From positions 56,731 through 120,730 of the forward strand of contig JBBSWH010000011.1 of NCBI GenBank assembly GCA_038046385.1: a stretch of DNA of 64,000 nt, read 5' to 3'. Shown here in pieces: positions 38,042-48,497 of the stretch (position 1 is the stretch's first letter; every line of letters starts with the position of its first letter). This DNA is from Nanobdellota archaeon (lineage in GTDB: Archaea > Nanobdellota > Nanobdellia > Woesearchaeales > GW2011-AR4). The translations under genes and the position numbers were made by a program. Under the pieces are notes generated by a model. That model searched no databases and was not told the DNA's origin. It saw only the letters and a program-made list of their open reading frames with translations.

Positions 38042-38157
38042 AGCGAGGGATGGGACTCGAACCCATGATAAAGCGGGAATTGCGCACGTCATCGCCGATT
38101 TCTCGGCTCATATGGCTGCTTTGCAGCCGCTCCCCTTAGCCGCTTGGGCACCCTCGC
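38042..38157 (-). tRNA. tRNA-Cys(GCA) containing a ~40-nt intron in the anticodon loop
   Basis: Minus-strand read: acceptor GCGAGGG/CCCTCGC; D-arm CCC..GGG with a GG loop; anticodon stem AGCGG/CCGCT with loop C-U-GCA-A; intron pairing with the anticodon region (GGCTG/CAGCC, BHB-like); T-arm ATGGG-TTCGAGT-CCCAT; discriminator U73, the tRNA-Cys identity element; lies next to cysS. Confidence 0.7.
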
Positions 38158-38600
38158 AAATGTGAGAACTATCTAAAAGCAACAACAACCAAGGTAATAA
38201 TTTATGTTCATAAATCTACTGTGATTGTGCAGGATATTTAAAACTTTAGTTTCATTCATAATTTTACTTGAATTTTGATTCTTCTGTTCTGTTATTAAAA
38301 TCCACGGACATAAGGCTGCTTAAAAAATCACGTTCGCGTTCCGCAGCCTTGTCTAGGTTTATTTTTTGTTCCAATTTTAACACCTCTGGTTTTTTAGAAA
38401 AAAATTAAAATTGGCAATCAGCACATATACCAATTGTGTTTAGGACTAATAATAAGAATTCTCATCCCAAACTTTGTGCATTTTGCCATTTCGATTATAA
38501 TCATTTTTTCGTTCTTTTATTTAAATCTTTTGTTTCTGCTATAACTATTCTTGTATATTCTTATATAAATACTCTATTGTTAATTTTATTCCTATAAGAA

Positions 38601-39773
38601 TTAACGTTGTTTGTTTATCTCACTCAGCTGCTTAAGCAGGTTGCACGAGTCTTTCTGCTGCTGCTGCACTATATTTTCGCATACAGAATAATCTTTCAAG
38701 TCAATTGCAAAATACATATAGCAGGAATCTTTTTTGGCGTCTGCTCCAATCAGGCTGCAGATTTCTTTGTCTTTGCCTGCTTTGGCGACGTTGTAATAGC
38801 AAAGGTCTTTTATCTTCGGATTCAATATCTGGGTGCAGTAGCTTTTGTCTGACTGTGATTCTGCAACATTGCCTATGCATGTGTCTTTATTATCCGGAAC
38901 TTGCATTTTACTGCACTCCTGCATTGCCTTGTTAGGGTCAGTTTTTGCAACTGATGATGTATCTTCAGGAACTTCTTCTGTAACCGAAGGCTTGCTTGGA
39001 ACATCTGCTTCTTTCTTGCAGTCAGCAGCGCAGTTTTCATTTTCCTCGCATATGCTGTTGCCGCAGCACGGCACAATTTTTTTGTAGGAGCACTTTCCAT
39101 TATCTTTAATGTCTTCCGTGCATGCATTATTATCGTTGCAGTCTATTTTTTTAACTTCTTCCTGCGGAGGCTGTTCTGAAGGCGTTTCTTTTGCATCTGC
39201 ATTTTCAGTAACTTTAATCGGAAGCGTTGCAATTGCCTTTTTGCCGTCGTAAGTTGCTGTCGCCCTTAAAATATAGTTTCCCGGGCCTGCGTCATCAGGA
39301 ATCCTGATTGTTGTTTCTTTCTCTGCTGATGTTTCTATTGCAATTGTCTCTTCTGTTTCTGTCAAAACCTTGAATGTTTTTGAATCCAAAATTTCGTTTT
39401 TCACAAAAACATCAAATCTTCCTGCAGATCCCATATTGGAGAATTTTTTGATGAAAACAATGTCATTTCCTGCAGCTGCTGTTGTAGTAACTGGCTTTAG
39501 GGTTAAATCTAGCAGCCTTGCCGGGCCTTTTCCATTCAGATAAAGAAACGCCACCGTTCCGATAAAAGAAGCAACTATTATTATAATAAGGATAACTGCA
39601 GTTTTTGAGAAATGGATTTCATGCCTTATAGTCGGATGGTAAACTTCATTTAATGCTTCATTAATGTCATTGCTGCTGTAGCCGTACTTAAGCATTATAT
39701 CTTTTATTGCAGAAGCAGAATATCCTTTTTGAATCTGGACTCTAACGTAATCCACCACACTCTTTTTTACCAT
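38601..39773 (-). CDS. membrane-anchored Cys-rich repeat protein (390 aa): N-terminal cytoplasmic domain, one TM, then an extracellular region with tandem Cys-x(n)-Cys motifs
   Basis: TM 'AVILIIIIVASFIGTVAFLYL'; repeated 'D..C...K.SC' Cys spacing in the C-terminal 150 aa. Confidence 0.6.
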   Translation of the reverse strand: MVKKSVVDYVRVQIQKGYSASAIKDIMLKYGYSSNDINEALNEVYHPTIRHEIHFSKTAVILIIIIVASFIGTVAFLYLNGKGPARLLDLTLKPVTTTAAAGNDIVFIKKFSNMGSAGRFDVFVKNEILDSKTFKVLTETEETIAIETSAEKETTIRIPDDAGPGNYILRATATYDGKKAIATLPIKVTENADAKETPSEQPPQEEVKKIDCNDNNACTEDIKDNGKCSYKKIVPCCGNSICEENENCAADCKKEADVPSKPSVTEEVPEDTSSVAKTDPNKAMQECSKMQVPDNKDTCIGNVAESQSDKSYCTQILNPKIKDLCYYNVAKAGKDKEICSLIGADAKKDSCYMYFAIDLKDYSVCENIVQQQQKDSCNLLKQLSEINKQR

Positions 39774-39895
39774 TATCCATTGCCTAATATATAGTATATT
39801 TAAAATTGTTGAATTTGAGCGTTTGTTAACTGCATCAATTTTGCCATCAAAATGTGAGCATCATCCATTTAATAAGTTAACAAAAAGGAGGTTCC

Positions 39896-40009
39896 ATGAG
39901 GAATTTTTGTTATTTGATTAGAACATTTAATGCGAACGATGGCAAAATTGCCGTATTTTGGTTTGTTTTTATTTTTCTTTATGCTTTATCTATCCTTAAT
40001 AAATACTAA
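39896..40009 (+). CDS. possible 37-aa hydrophobic micropeptide preceded by a perfect SD 'aaggaggt'
   Basis: 'caaaaaggaggttccATGagg...'; weak, could be chance. Confidence 0.2.
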   Translation: MRNFCYLIRTFNANDGKIAVFWFVFIFLYALSILNKY

Positions 40010-40118
40010 AAATATACCTTATTTATACTTAATTCAGTATAGTATAAATAAAATTTGATAGTAATCTTTAAATACTAATACTCAAAGTATGCTAAATAAT
40101 GTACATTTTAAGCTTAAA

Positions 40119-40295
40119 ATGAGTATTCAAATAAGAATAACGGTATCGAAAGAGATCAACGAACTTCTAGAAAAAGTATCAAAAAAATTAGGCAAGAAAA
40201 AATCAATGCTTGCCCGTGAGTTAATGGAGCAGAAGCTTTACGATCTTCAGTTAATACAAAAAGAGCTCAACAGCATGGATAAAAATGACAAGTAA
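40119..40295 (+). CDS. ribbon-helix-helix (CopG/MetJ-like) regulator heading giant-protein module 1
   Basis: 'MSIQIRITVSKEINELLEKVSKKLGKKKSMLARELMEQ'; the ORF track starts earlier at 40089. Confidence 0.6.
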   Translation: MSIQIRITVSKEINELLEKVSKKLGKKKSMLARELMEQKLYDLQLIQKELNSMDKNDK

Positions 40296-42453
40296 AAATT
40301 TCAGAATTTTTTCAAAAAAAGCGCAGCTTGCAATATTTATGATAATTGCCGTTGTATTGATAATTGGCGGAGTTGTGTTTTTCACGCTGACAAGCGAAGA
40401 GGAAAAAACAGCTGAAGCAGAAATCATGATAACTGAAAGTGTTCCAATTGAATTTGAACCTGTGAAGAAGTTTGTTGAGGACTGTTTGTACGCAACAAGC
40501 GTGGAAGGGCTTGAGCTTATCGGGGAACATGGAGGATATGCGAGCCTTGATGAAAACAATCTGAACGCAGAAACTTTTGCAGTAAATATCAATAATCCAA
40601 CAGAAAGCGACGCTGTTCTGTTTGCAAGCGACTCTAATTTAAAAATTCCTTACTGGAATTATTTGAAATCGGCAAACAGCTGCAAAGGAAATTGCGTGTT
40701 TGCAAGCAAAAGGCCGAAATTGTCAGGATCTGGAAATTCAATACAAGAAAATTTGCAAAGATATGTCGATGCAAAACTAAGTTCATGCACTGATAATTTT
40801 AAAACATTCAAAGAGCAGGGATATGCAATAACTGAGAAATCAAAGCCAAAATCAAGTGTTGTGATAACACAAGACGATGTTGTTATAGGGCTGGATTATG
40901 AATTAAGCATAGAAAGGCAGGATTCTTCATCGTCTCCAAAGAAGTTTGCAACAAGAGTCCCTATCAATCTGCAAAGAGTATACGAGCTTGCGACGAATAT
41001 AACTAACTTAGAAATACGGCACAATTACATAGAAAAACATGTGCTTAATCTCATTGCAGCATTTTCTGGTGTTGATAACAATAAACTGCCGCCAATGTCT
41101 GAGATGCAGTTTAAGTTCGGGAGTAATGTAGGGTGGCAAAAAACGCAAGTTAAGAATAATGTTGAAAATGTTCTTCTGTCATATATTCCTTTATTCCAAT
41201 TAGACAGTACGGCAAACTATGAAAGAAATGTATTTGACACAGAATTGGCGCAAAGATTATACGATTCAACAATAATCCCGATTGCAGATGAAAAATTCAA
41301 AGATCTTGAAACCCATTTTTCATATCTTGACTTCTGGCCAATGTATTTTAATTTAAACTGCAATGGAGAAAATTGCAAGCCAAATTCCGCAAATTCATTG
41401 ATTTCGTTTTTGGGGGTGCAGGACTACAAATTCTTTTACGATTTATCTTTCCCTGTTCTTGTGCAGGTTCAGGATCCCCTTGCACTGAACGGAAAGGGAT
41501 ACACTTTCAATCTTTTCCTTGAAGGGAATATAAGGAACAATGAGCCGCTGAAAGCGGCTTATGATCCGCTTGAAATAAGCTATGAGTCTGAAAAATCGTT
41601 GCTTTGTGACTCGAGGAATAGTGGAGAGGTTAAGGTTAATGTTCTTGATTCTTCGCAGAAGCCAATACAAGACGCTCAAGTGGTATACACTGTAGGTGAT
41701 GAGACTTGTTTCATTGGCACAACAGATGAAACTGGAACTGTCAAAGAAAAATTCCCGATTGCGGCAGGCGGAGCAGTAAGCGTTTCAAAAGAAAACTTCA
41801 TTGGCAAGTATGTTGATTTTGATGCTCAGCTGGATGCTGATTCATCATTAAGTGTTAAACTAAAGCCGATAACAACAAAAAACATTATTGTTAGGAAAAA
41901 AAGCATTGTCAAGACGCAGGATGGCTGGGAATTTGTAAACACTCCAGCTGACTTGACAGCGAAAGAATCTGCAACTATCTCACTTACGAGGGTGAATGAC
42001 AACGGAGAGCTGGATTTCTCATCAGCCGCGCAATATACCGGACAGCAGACAGAAAAAAGCACAATTGAAATTGCCCCTGGCAATTATGAAGCAGACATAA
42101 CTCTTTTGCTGAATGAAAAAATTGTGATTCCGGCGCAGAGAAAATGCCCTTGCGTGCTGTGGACCGGGATTTGCGCGAAAAGAGAGTGTTATGACCTTCC
42201 TGAAATAGATTTCAGCAAAGGCGCTGCAGCAGGAAGCGAAAAATTCCCTTCAGGCGGCTTGAAGGCAAAAATTTCAATAAGCCCGGAGAATCTGAAAGAT
42301 TCTAACACAATTATCCTTTATGCTGTCAGTGTGGACCTTTTGAATGTTCCACTGGATAAAAGGGATGTTGAAGACGCAAATGAAATAGGAAAAGTCGAGG
42401 AATACTCAACAACATATCAAACGGCATTAACTCCGGAGTTCAAAAATGGATAA
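40285..42453 (+). CDS. membrane-anchored extracellular protein (722 aa), N-terminal signal-anchor; paralog of 49821-51728
   Basis: 'KKAQLAIFMIIAVVLIIGGVVFF' anchor; 'VKKFVEDCLYATSVEGLELIGEHGGYASLDEN' alignable to the paralog. Confidence 0.7.
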   Translation: MTSKNFRIFSKKAQLAIFMIIAVVLIIGGVVFFTLTSEEEKTAEAEIMITESVPIEFEPVKKFVEDCLYATSVEGLELIGEHGGYASLDENNLNAETFAVNINNPTESDAVLFASDSNLKIPYWNYLKSANSCKGNCVFASKRPKLSGSGNSIQENLQRYVDAKLSSCTDNFKTFKEQGYAITEKSKPKSSVVITQDDVVIGLDYELSIERQDSSSSPKKFATRVPINLQRVYELATNITNLEIRHNYIEKHVLNLIAAFSGVDNNKLPPMSEMQFKFGSNVGWQKTQVKNNVENVLLSYIPLFQLDSTANYERNVFDTELAQRLYDSTIIPIADEKFKDLETHFSYLDFWPMYFNLNCNGENCKPNSANSLISFLGVQDYKFFYDLSFPVLVQVQDPLALNGKGYTFNLFLEGNIRNNEPLKAAYDPLEISYESEKSLLCDSRNSGEVKVNVLDSSQKPIQDAQVVYTVGDETCFIGTTDETGTVKEKFPIAAGGAVSVSKENFIGKYVDFDAQLDADSSLSVKLKPITTKNIIVRKKSIVKTQDGWEFVNTPADLTAKESATISLTRVNDNGELDFSSAAQYTGQQTEKSTIEIAPGNYEADITLLLNEKIVIPAQRKCPCVLWTGICAKRECYDLPEIDFSKGAAAGSEKFPSGGLKAKISISPENLKDSNTIILYAVSVDLLNVPLDKRDVEDANEIGKVEEYSTTYQTALTPEFKNG

Positions 42454-45400
42454 GGAAAATTATTTGCGGTTTATTGCATCATTCATGATGGGGTTGATAC
42501 TTACACTTCCGTTCTACACAACAAGCGTTTACGCTTCGATTAACGGAGTTACCGTAAAAGGAAGCGACGGCATAGAAGGGTTTTTGCGTTCAACAGATTC
42601 TGTTGAATTCAAAGTCGATGCTTCGATATCCGGAGACACAATAGGGCCGGAGCAAGTTTACATAGGATTAAAAGACACAGTGACAAAGTTTACCAGCTGT
42701 GTTGCAGGAACAAACAGCAATTTTATCTGCACTCTTAAATCTCCTGCTTCAGGCAAGGAAGATATTGGCAGCGGCCAATTAAACTATGATATCAATCTTT
42801 ACAAAGATGATGAAACAATAGATGATTCTATGTCTGGAACAGTTCTTGTTGACAACAAAAAACCAATAGTAAAATTAACGTCATCACAACCCAAGTTTTC
42901 TTCTGCAACTGATGTAAAAATTGACTATGACGTAACTGATTACTCATGCAATGATCCTGACTGTGCAGATTTATGTGTTGGATTAAAAAGCATACAGCTG
43001 TACACGCTTGACAATTCATTCAGCCAGACTGTTGAAGTGGATTCTGAAACCTGCAACACAAAAGATACAGTAACAATTCCGTCTTCAAAATTCAAGAACG
43101 GAAACAATGCAGTCTTTGCAAAAGCAACAGACAACTTTAATCAGGTTTCAAGTGTTTCTTCTGTTTCATTTGCAGTCGATACAAAAGCTCCGGAAGTGAA
43201 GTCAAGCTCTTTTGGGATAGAAAGAAAGGGAGTGCCTCTTTCAACATATTCTCCAAATAGCATCGCAGCTGATGTTTTTGTCAACATATCCTCTGATGAT
43301 CTTGTTTTGAATTCTGTGTTTGCAGATTTGTCTCAGTTATCATCTGCAAATTCAAACAACGCACCGGGTGTTTGCGCTGTTATAAAACCGGAAGTGGTTG
43401 CATGCAAATGGGCAGCGCAGTTAGAATCCGGAGCAGCATCAAGAACAATAACTGTCAAGGCATCAGAAACTTCTGGAAACACGATGGAAAAGCCGTTAGT
43501 GAAATCTTTTTCATTGGATGATAAAGGGCCTGTTGTAGCATCTTTAGCCACTTCTAATGTTAAAAACAGCAAGTCTTATGCAAAAGAATCTGGAAATACT
43601 GTATTTGCGTCTTTTGACGAGACAACTGGAATGTTTGCTGATGAAGTGCTCTTGCATGTTGGAACTTCCACAATACCGGCGAAGAACTGCACAAAACAAT
43701 CCAGTTGGGTTTGCGCTTGGGAAAATGTTGGATTTGATGATGCTACGTCAATGTCAATAGACACTGATACAAAAGATATTCTTGGAAACTCTGTTGCTGC
43801 TGCAAAAGTAACAGATGTTGTTGTTGATACTACAAGCCCGGTGATTGTCGGCATAAGTGTTGTTGCTTTGAGCGGGCTTACAGAAGCAATTGAAGGAATG
43901 TTCAAGGTCGGAGATAAATTTTTTGTTGAAGCCAATTTAACAGATGATAATGACATATCTGCTTCAGGTGATTTTTCAAAGTTCATAACTTCTGCTTCGG
44001 CAGTTTCAGGAAGCTGCAAAAAAATACCAGGAGATATGCAGCAGTGCACATGGACAACTGAGAGAATTAATCTTGCTGCAAACAACGATATTGTCCTTGT
44101 TTTTACAGACGAATCAGGCAACCAGGTTTCTTCCAAAAAAACATTTACAATAGTTGGTCTTGACAGCACTGAAGTGCCTGATTTGTGGAAATCGACCATT
44201 GCTTGCTCTCCTGCGACGATTGACAGGCAAACCGGTTCGTTAGTTAACAATAATGTTTACTGTTCTGTCAAATTAACTTTAAATTCATCAAAAAAAGCAT
44301 CAACTATCTCAATAAGCCCTGCAGTATGCGATGATATTCTTGTTGACGGAAAAAACACAGTCGATGTGTCAGATTATGTTGAAAAGATTGAGACATTTAA
44401 TGCGCAGAACGGAAGCACTTCCCCTTTCATCAAGCTGGTTTTGAAGAAAAAGGATTTTAATATTGATAATCTTTCAGTAAGCTGCTCCATAAATATAATT
44501 TCTAAATTGCATGCAGCCAATACAATAACTCAGAATCCTGAAATCGAGAATGAAAAGATATTCTTGCAGTTTTACAATCTTCCCTTAGGAGAGCTTGGAG
44601 ATTCTGTAAAGCAGAAGATACATGACGCGAAGAAGGAAGCAAGAGACACGCTGAAGTTTGTAGATGGGGCGGCTAAATTTATGGCAACAGCCAAGAAAAT
44701 TTGCCAGATGATAGAGACAATGTACAAAATTGCCGCGGTTTTATATATGATAAGTACCGCGCTTCACGTAACAGAGACGGTATGCGAAGATACTGTTGTT
44801 GGAAATCTTTTTGGTGTTTGTGCAGCGGTAACTGGCATTAAAACAGGTGTTTGTCAAGGCCAAACGAAAACAAGCGATATGGCAGATGGTATGCAAAAAA
44901 CTGCAAGAAAATTCTGCGATTTTGTCACGTGCAAACAAACAATTTTGTGGGGGGCGGATATGAACACCTGGATAAACGAAAAAGCCCCTATCTGGCTTGC
45001 CCCTGGAAGGAATTATGGAAGCGACAATCCGCAGATAGATACGCTTAGGGGAGTACAAACTGGAAATTATTTGGATCCTCAAAACAATTTATTGGTCGCA
45101 ACTGCCTTTGCATGCGTTCCTGGAATAATAACTGGCTTGGATAAATACAGGCAGATAAAATGCCTCTATGCAGACTGCCTTGAGAATGCAGTTGGAAAAG
45201 ATGGATTGCCTTTGACAGCATGCGAGAACCAGAAAAATTATGCAACCTGTAAATATGTTACTGGAGAGATCTTTGCAATAGTCCCATGGACTGCATTCTT
45301 TGATCATTGGACAGGACTCCTCAAACAGGCATTTTCAAATCCATTTACAATAATTGGAGTAGCTGCGTCTATTTTCTGCCCATGTACGACTAAAGGAGAT

Positions 45401-45592
45401 GCAGGAGCAAGGTATGTGCTCTGCAGAGGGGTAAGGACATTCAATCTGCTTGCAGATGCAACTGAAAATGTAAACAGTTTCAAGGAGAATGTTAAGCCAG
45501 TACAAAATTACTGCGACAGATTAGATTTTAGTGATTTGGATGCAGAAGAAGCAGCACTGGCAGCAGAAGATAGTGAAGAAGCTACAATTTAA
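42446..45592 (+). CDS. large secreted Cys-rich surface protein (1048 aa) with signal peptide, Ig/FN3-like beta-rich repeats and a Cys-rich C-terminal domain; paralog of the 2094-aa protein
   Basis: signal 'FMMGLILTLPFYTTSVYA'; many Cys in the last 350 aa (CQGQT..CDFVTC..CPC..). Confidence 0.7.
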   Translation: MDKENYLRFIASFMMGLILTLPFYTTSVYASINGVTVKGSDGIEGFLRSTDSVEFKVDASISGDTIGPEQVYIGLKDTVTKFTSCVAGTNSNFICTLKSPASGKEDIGSGQLNYDINLYKDDETIDDSMSGTVLVDNKKPIVKLTSSQPKFSSATDVKIDYDVTDYSCNDPDCADLCVGLKSIQLYTLDNSFSQTVEVDSETCNTKDTVTIPSSKFKNGNNAVFAKATDNFNQVSSVSSVSFAVDTKAPEVKSSSFGIERKGVPLSTYSPNSIAADVFVNISSDDLVLNSVFADLSQLSSANSNNAPGVCAVIKPEVVACKWAAQLESGAASRTITVKASETSGNTMEKPLVKSFSLDDKGPVVASLATSNVKNSKSYAKESGNTVFASFDETTGMFADEVLLHVGTSTIPAKNCTKQSSWVCAWENVGFDDATSMSIDTDTKDILGNSVAAAKVTDVVVDTTSPVIVGISVVALSGLTEAIEGMFKVGDKFFVEANLTDDNDISASGDFSKFITSASAVSGSCKKIPGDMQQCTWTTERINLAANNDIVLVFTDESGNQVSSKKTFTIVGLDSTEVPDLWKSTIACSPATIDRQTGSLVNNNVYCSVKLTLNSSKKASTISISPAVCDDILVDGKNTVDVSDYVEKIETFNAQNGSTSPFIKLVLKKKDFNIDNLSVSCSINIISKLHAANTITQNPEIENEKIFLQFYNLPLGELGDSVKQKIHDAKKEARDTLKFVDGAAKFMATAKKICQMIETMYKIAAVLYMISTALHVTETVCEDTVVGNLFGVCAAVTGIKTGVCQGQTKTSDMADGMQKTARKFCDFVTCKQTILWGADMNTWINEKAPIWLAPGRNYGSDNPQIDTLRGVQTGNYLDPQNNLLVATAFACVPGIITGLDKYRQIKCLYADCLENAVGKDGLPLTACENQKNYATCKYVTGEIFAIVPWTAFFDHWTGLLKQAFSNPFTIIGVAASIFCPCTTKGDAGARYVLCRGVRTFNLLADATENVNSFKENVKPVQNYCDRLDFSDLDAEEAALAAEDSEEATI

Positions 45593-45593
45593 C

Positions 45594-48497
45594 ATGAAAA
45601 AAATACTCGATAACAAGACTGCAAAAGGAATAACCGGATTTGTAATGATAATGCTGATGATGATTTCAGTATTTATGTTTGCATTAAGCAACAACACGTC
45701 AATAACTGCAAATGTTGTGAAATTTGAAGATACTGATACGGCAAAAAATAATGCAGTTATTCAAACTAAAGAAATAAATTCACTTTCACAGTTAAACGAA
45801 GGATGGTACGAGATAAGAAACGGATTTGTGTTTTATCTTGAGGATTTCAATACTCCGGTTCCGCTTTATATTAGATTAAAAAATTCTAATCAAAACGGAA
45901 TGGCTGTTGTAGATTCCGATGGAACAGTTTCATTTGAAGAGAGTTCTGATAAATTAGTAGAGAAGATAATCACTGACAAGGACATTAGGAAATCAAGTTC
46001 TTCAAATCAGATAACTGGGAATGCTGTTGGAATGAGTGCAGTGACTGGGATGCAGACGGCAACGCCCCCAACATTTACAGGCACTGCGAGTTCTATAGGC
46101 AGAGGCTGGATCAGTCTTGTTCAATCTTCAACCACCGATGAGCAAGGAAATTACCGCGCTTTCCTTAATGATGGGACTGCTGTATTTATTCCAAAAGATG
46201 GAAGCTCATTTTATTTTGGGAATAGAAAAAGTGATGGAACATACAATTGGCAGCAGAACACAGGAAATGGCCCACTACAGACAATTGCGCAGCCGCCAGG
46301 ATATTCACCCGTCCCTGCAGCAGAACAAAGAAGTGGAGCGCAAGGTGGAGGAACTGCAGCACAAGGAGCCGAAGGAACGCAAAAAACACAAAACGGATTG
46401 CCAATCCCTCCCGAAGCAAGCAGATCAACAGGAAATCTTCCAACACCAACTGAAACACACACTTCTCAAGAGATAATCTCTGGGGCATTCAAACTCACTC
46501 CTAAAACTCCATTTAAGGCAAGCGACAATGCTGTTTACTATCAAGAATGCTCAACATGTCCAATACAAGTAACCAAAAATAATGGTGGAAATTGGAAAAA
46601 TGTAGAGCGCACTTTTTATTTCGATGCTGTTGATGTTAATAAAAGATCAGGGCACATATCCCAACCTGCGTTTACTCAGGATGAAGCAAAGAAATTATTG
46701 GAAGTCCAAGGATTCACAAATGTACACACTGGTAATCCATCAACTCCAACTCAACTTCCACCTTCTTCAAGGCCGACAGGAACATACGTATTAAGTCCAG
46801 ATAAAAAATATATCACTAATCCAAGTTTAGAACCAGTATTCGTTACGCCTGGAATGGATCCACAGCAGTACCTTGATGACTATAACAACAAAGCAAAAGT
46901 TTTAGACGCTTATCATAGCTGGCTTGCCAAGAGTGGCGTAAAGGATAGCCCAGCTAATCAGGCACTATTTAGTAAATATCCCTCCGAGGGAATAACAACT
47001 CCAGATGCCGATAAGGCATTTAATTTAGTTACTCCACCCAAGACTGGAACTCAAAACAGTGAGCCAAAAGAGACTAAACTTCCAAACGGAAATCCTGGAT
47101 GGATTCTCCCTAACGGAGATGTAACTGATGATAAATTCTTAGGAGAACACCCTAATGCAAAGAAAGAGCCGAAAATAACAACAGGAAATGATCAGCCAGT
47201 TTATTCTCTCAAAGGGCAGTACTATGGCAGCGATGGAAAACCAGTTGCAAGCATAAACCAAAAGATAACCATTACAGGAAACGAATACGATGCAGTTTAC
47301 ACGTTAACTGATGGAAAAAATCCAGCCATAAGTTCTGTAAACGGATATTCAATGACCCCTTCTACTTTAAAATATATAAATGATAACGCAAAAGGCAAAG
47401 GAGATTCCTTTACAATAAGTTCAGAAGGGTTTACAATAACCAAAGCAACCACAACTGTACATGGACAGGAAATTTCAACAGTTATAACTGGCAGTCAAAG
47501 TAGAATCTATGATTTAACTACCTTTACAAAAAAAAATAAAGATGGAGCTATAACTGGTCTTGTTATAACGGAGCAAGGACATGATAAGGATGGAAAGGGG
47601 ATAACCTACAATCAAAGAACAGAATATAGCAGGGGCAGTGATGGAACAATCAATAAGGACAGCTCGGATTATATAACAATATTAACTGATGCAACAGGAA
47701 AACCTACGCGTGTGGATGCCAAGGTGAATGGAGTTTCTAGTTCAGCCGCTACAGGTACTGGTGGGCAGAATGGAGGTGGAGGTAGAGCCCTAGAAATACT
47801 CAACAAAGAAATCAGCCAATACACTTGGAGACAGAGATTTGCAACAGCCGAGAGATGGCTGACAGAATTCAGAGGTCTTGGTTATTATGCGACTTTGTTC
47901 ATGAGCGATGATTCATTATTGCACTGGAGAGAAGAAACCGACAAGGTATTTTCAAACCTTTATCTTGGAACAGAATACTGGAGCAGCGGAATATGCGGCA
48001 AGTACATCAACACAGGCTCTTCCGAAGGCATTGCATTCGCAGACACCCCTCAGGGCGTTGCGCAGGTTGCAACCCACATTGAAGCGACAAGAACTCAGCC
48101 AATACAGTCAGATACAGGAACAGAATATGTTTACAAAATAACATTCAGCGTGAGAAACGGCGATTATGAAGAAGACTTAAGAGCGCCTGAAAAGATGAAC
48201 ATAAAAGTCATAATAAAAGGCCAGACAGAGTCAAAGCTTTTCAAGAATGATGTTGAAGTCAAGAGAGGAACAACATTCGGAAGAGCAGGAACAAAAGCGA
48301 TTGTAAAGCAGAGCAAAAAGCTTTATGACAAAGTCTGCATTGAATTTGACCAGATTCCTGAAAAGTGGCACATAGAAAACAAACAGCTGTGCAACAAAGT
48401 AATTGAAGAAAATGGAGAACCACTCTCTTTAGAAAGGCTAAGGCAGCAAGAAGAGCAGCAGGCAAGCGGAGAGCCTGTATTGAGTGATGACTGGTAA
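45594..48497 (+). CDS. Thr/Gly/Ser-rich low-complexity cell-surface protein (~968 aa) with an N-terminal TM anchor
   Basis: 'ITGFVMIMLMMISVFMFAL' anchor; TGT/GGG low-complexity (likely glycosylated); Met 45594 lies 1 nt after the upstream stop. Confidence 0.65.
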   Translation: MKKILDNKTAKGITGFVMIMLMMISVFMFALSNNTSITANVVKFEDTDTAKNNAVIQTKEINSLSQLNEGWYEIRNGFVFYLEDFNTPVPLYIRLKNSNQNGMAVVDSDGTVSFEESSDKLVEKIITDKDIRKSSSSNQITGNAVGMSAVTGMQTATPPTFTGTASSIGRGWISLVQSSTTDEQGNYRAFLNDGTAVFIPKDGSSFYFGNRKSDGTYNWQQNTGNGPLQTIAQPPGYSPVPAAEQRSGAQGGGTAAQGAEGTQKTQNGLPIPPEASRSTGNLPTPTETHTSQEIISGAFKLTPKTPFKASDNAVYYQECSTCPIQVTKNNGGNWKNVERTFYFDAVDVNKRSGHISQPAFTQDEAKKLLEVQGFTNVHTGNPSTPTQLPPSSRPTGTYVLSPDKKYITNPSLEPVFVTPGMDPQQYLDDYNNKAKVLDAYHSWLAKSGVKDSPANQALFSKYPSEGITTPDADKAFNLVTPPKTGTQNSEPKETKLPNGNPGWILPNGDVTDDKFLGEHPNAKKEPKITTGNDQPVYSLKGQYYGSDGKPVASINQKITITGNEYDAVYTLTDGKNPAISSVNGYSMTPSTLKYINDNAKGKGDSFTISSEGFTITKATTTVHGQEISTVITGSQSRIYDLTTFTKKNKDGAITGLVITEQGHDKDGKGITYNQRTEYSRGSDGTINKDSSDYITILTDATGKPTRVDAKVNGVSSSAATGTGGQNGGGGRALEILNKEISQYTWRQRFATAERWLTEFRGLGYYATLFMSDDSLLHWREETDKVFSNLYLGTEYWSSGICGKYINTGSSEGIAFADTPQGVAQVATHIEATRTQPIQSDTGTEYVYKITFSVRNGDYEEDLRAPEKMNIKVIIKGQTESKLFKNDVEVKRGTTFGRAGTKAIVKQSKKLYDKVCIEFDQIPEKWHIENKQLCNKVIEENGEPLSLERLRQQEEQQASGEPVLSDDW

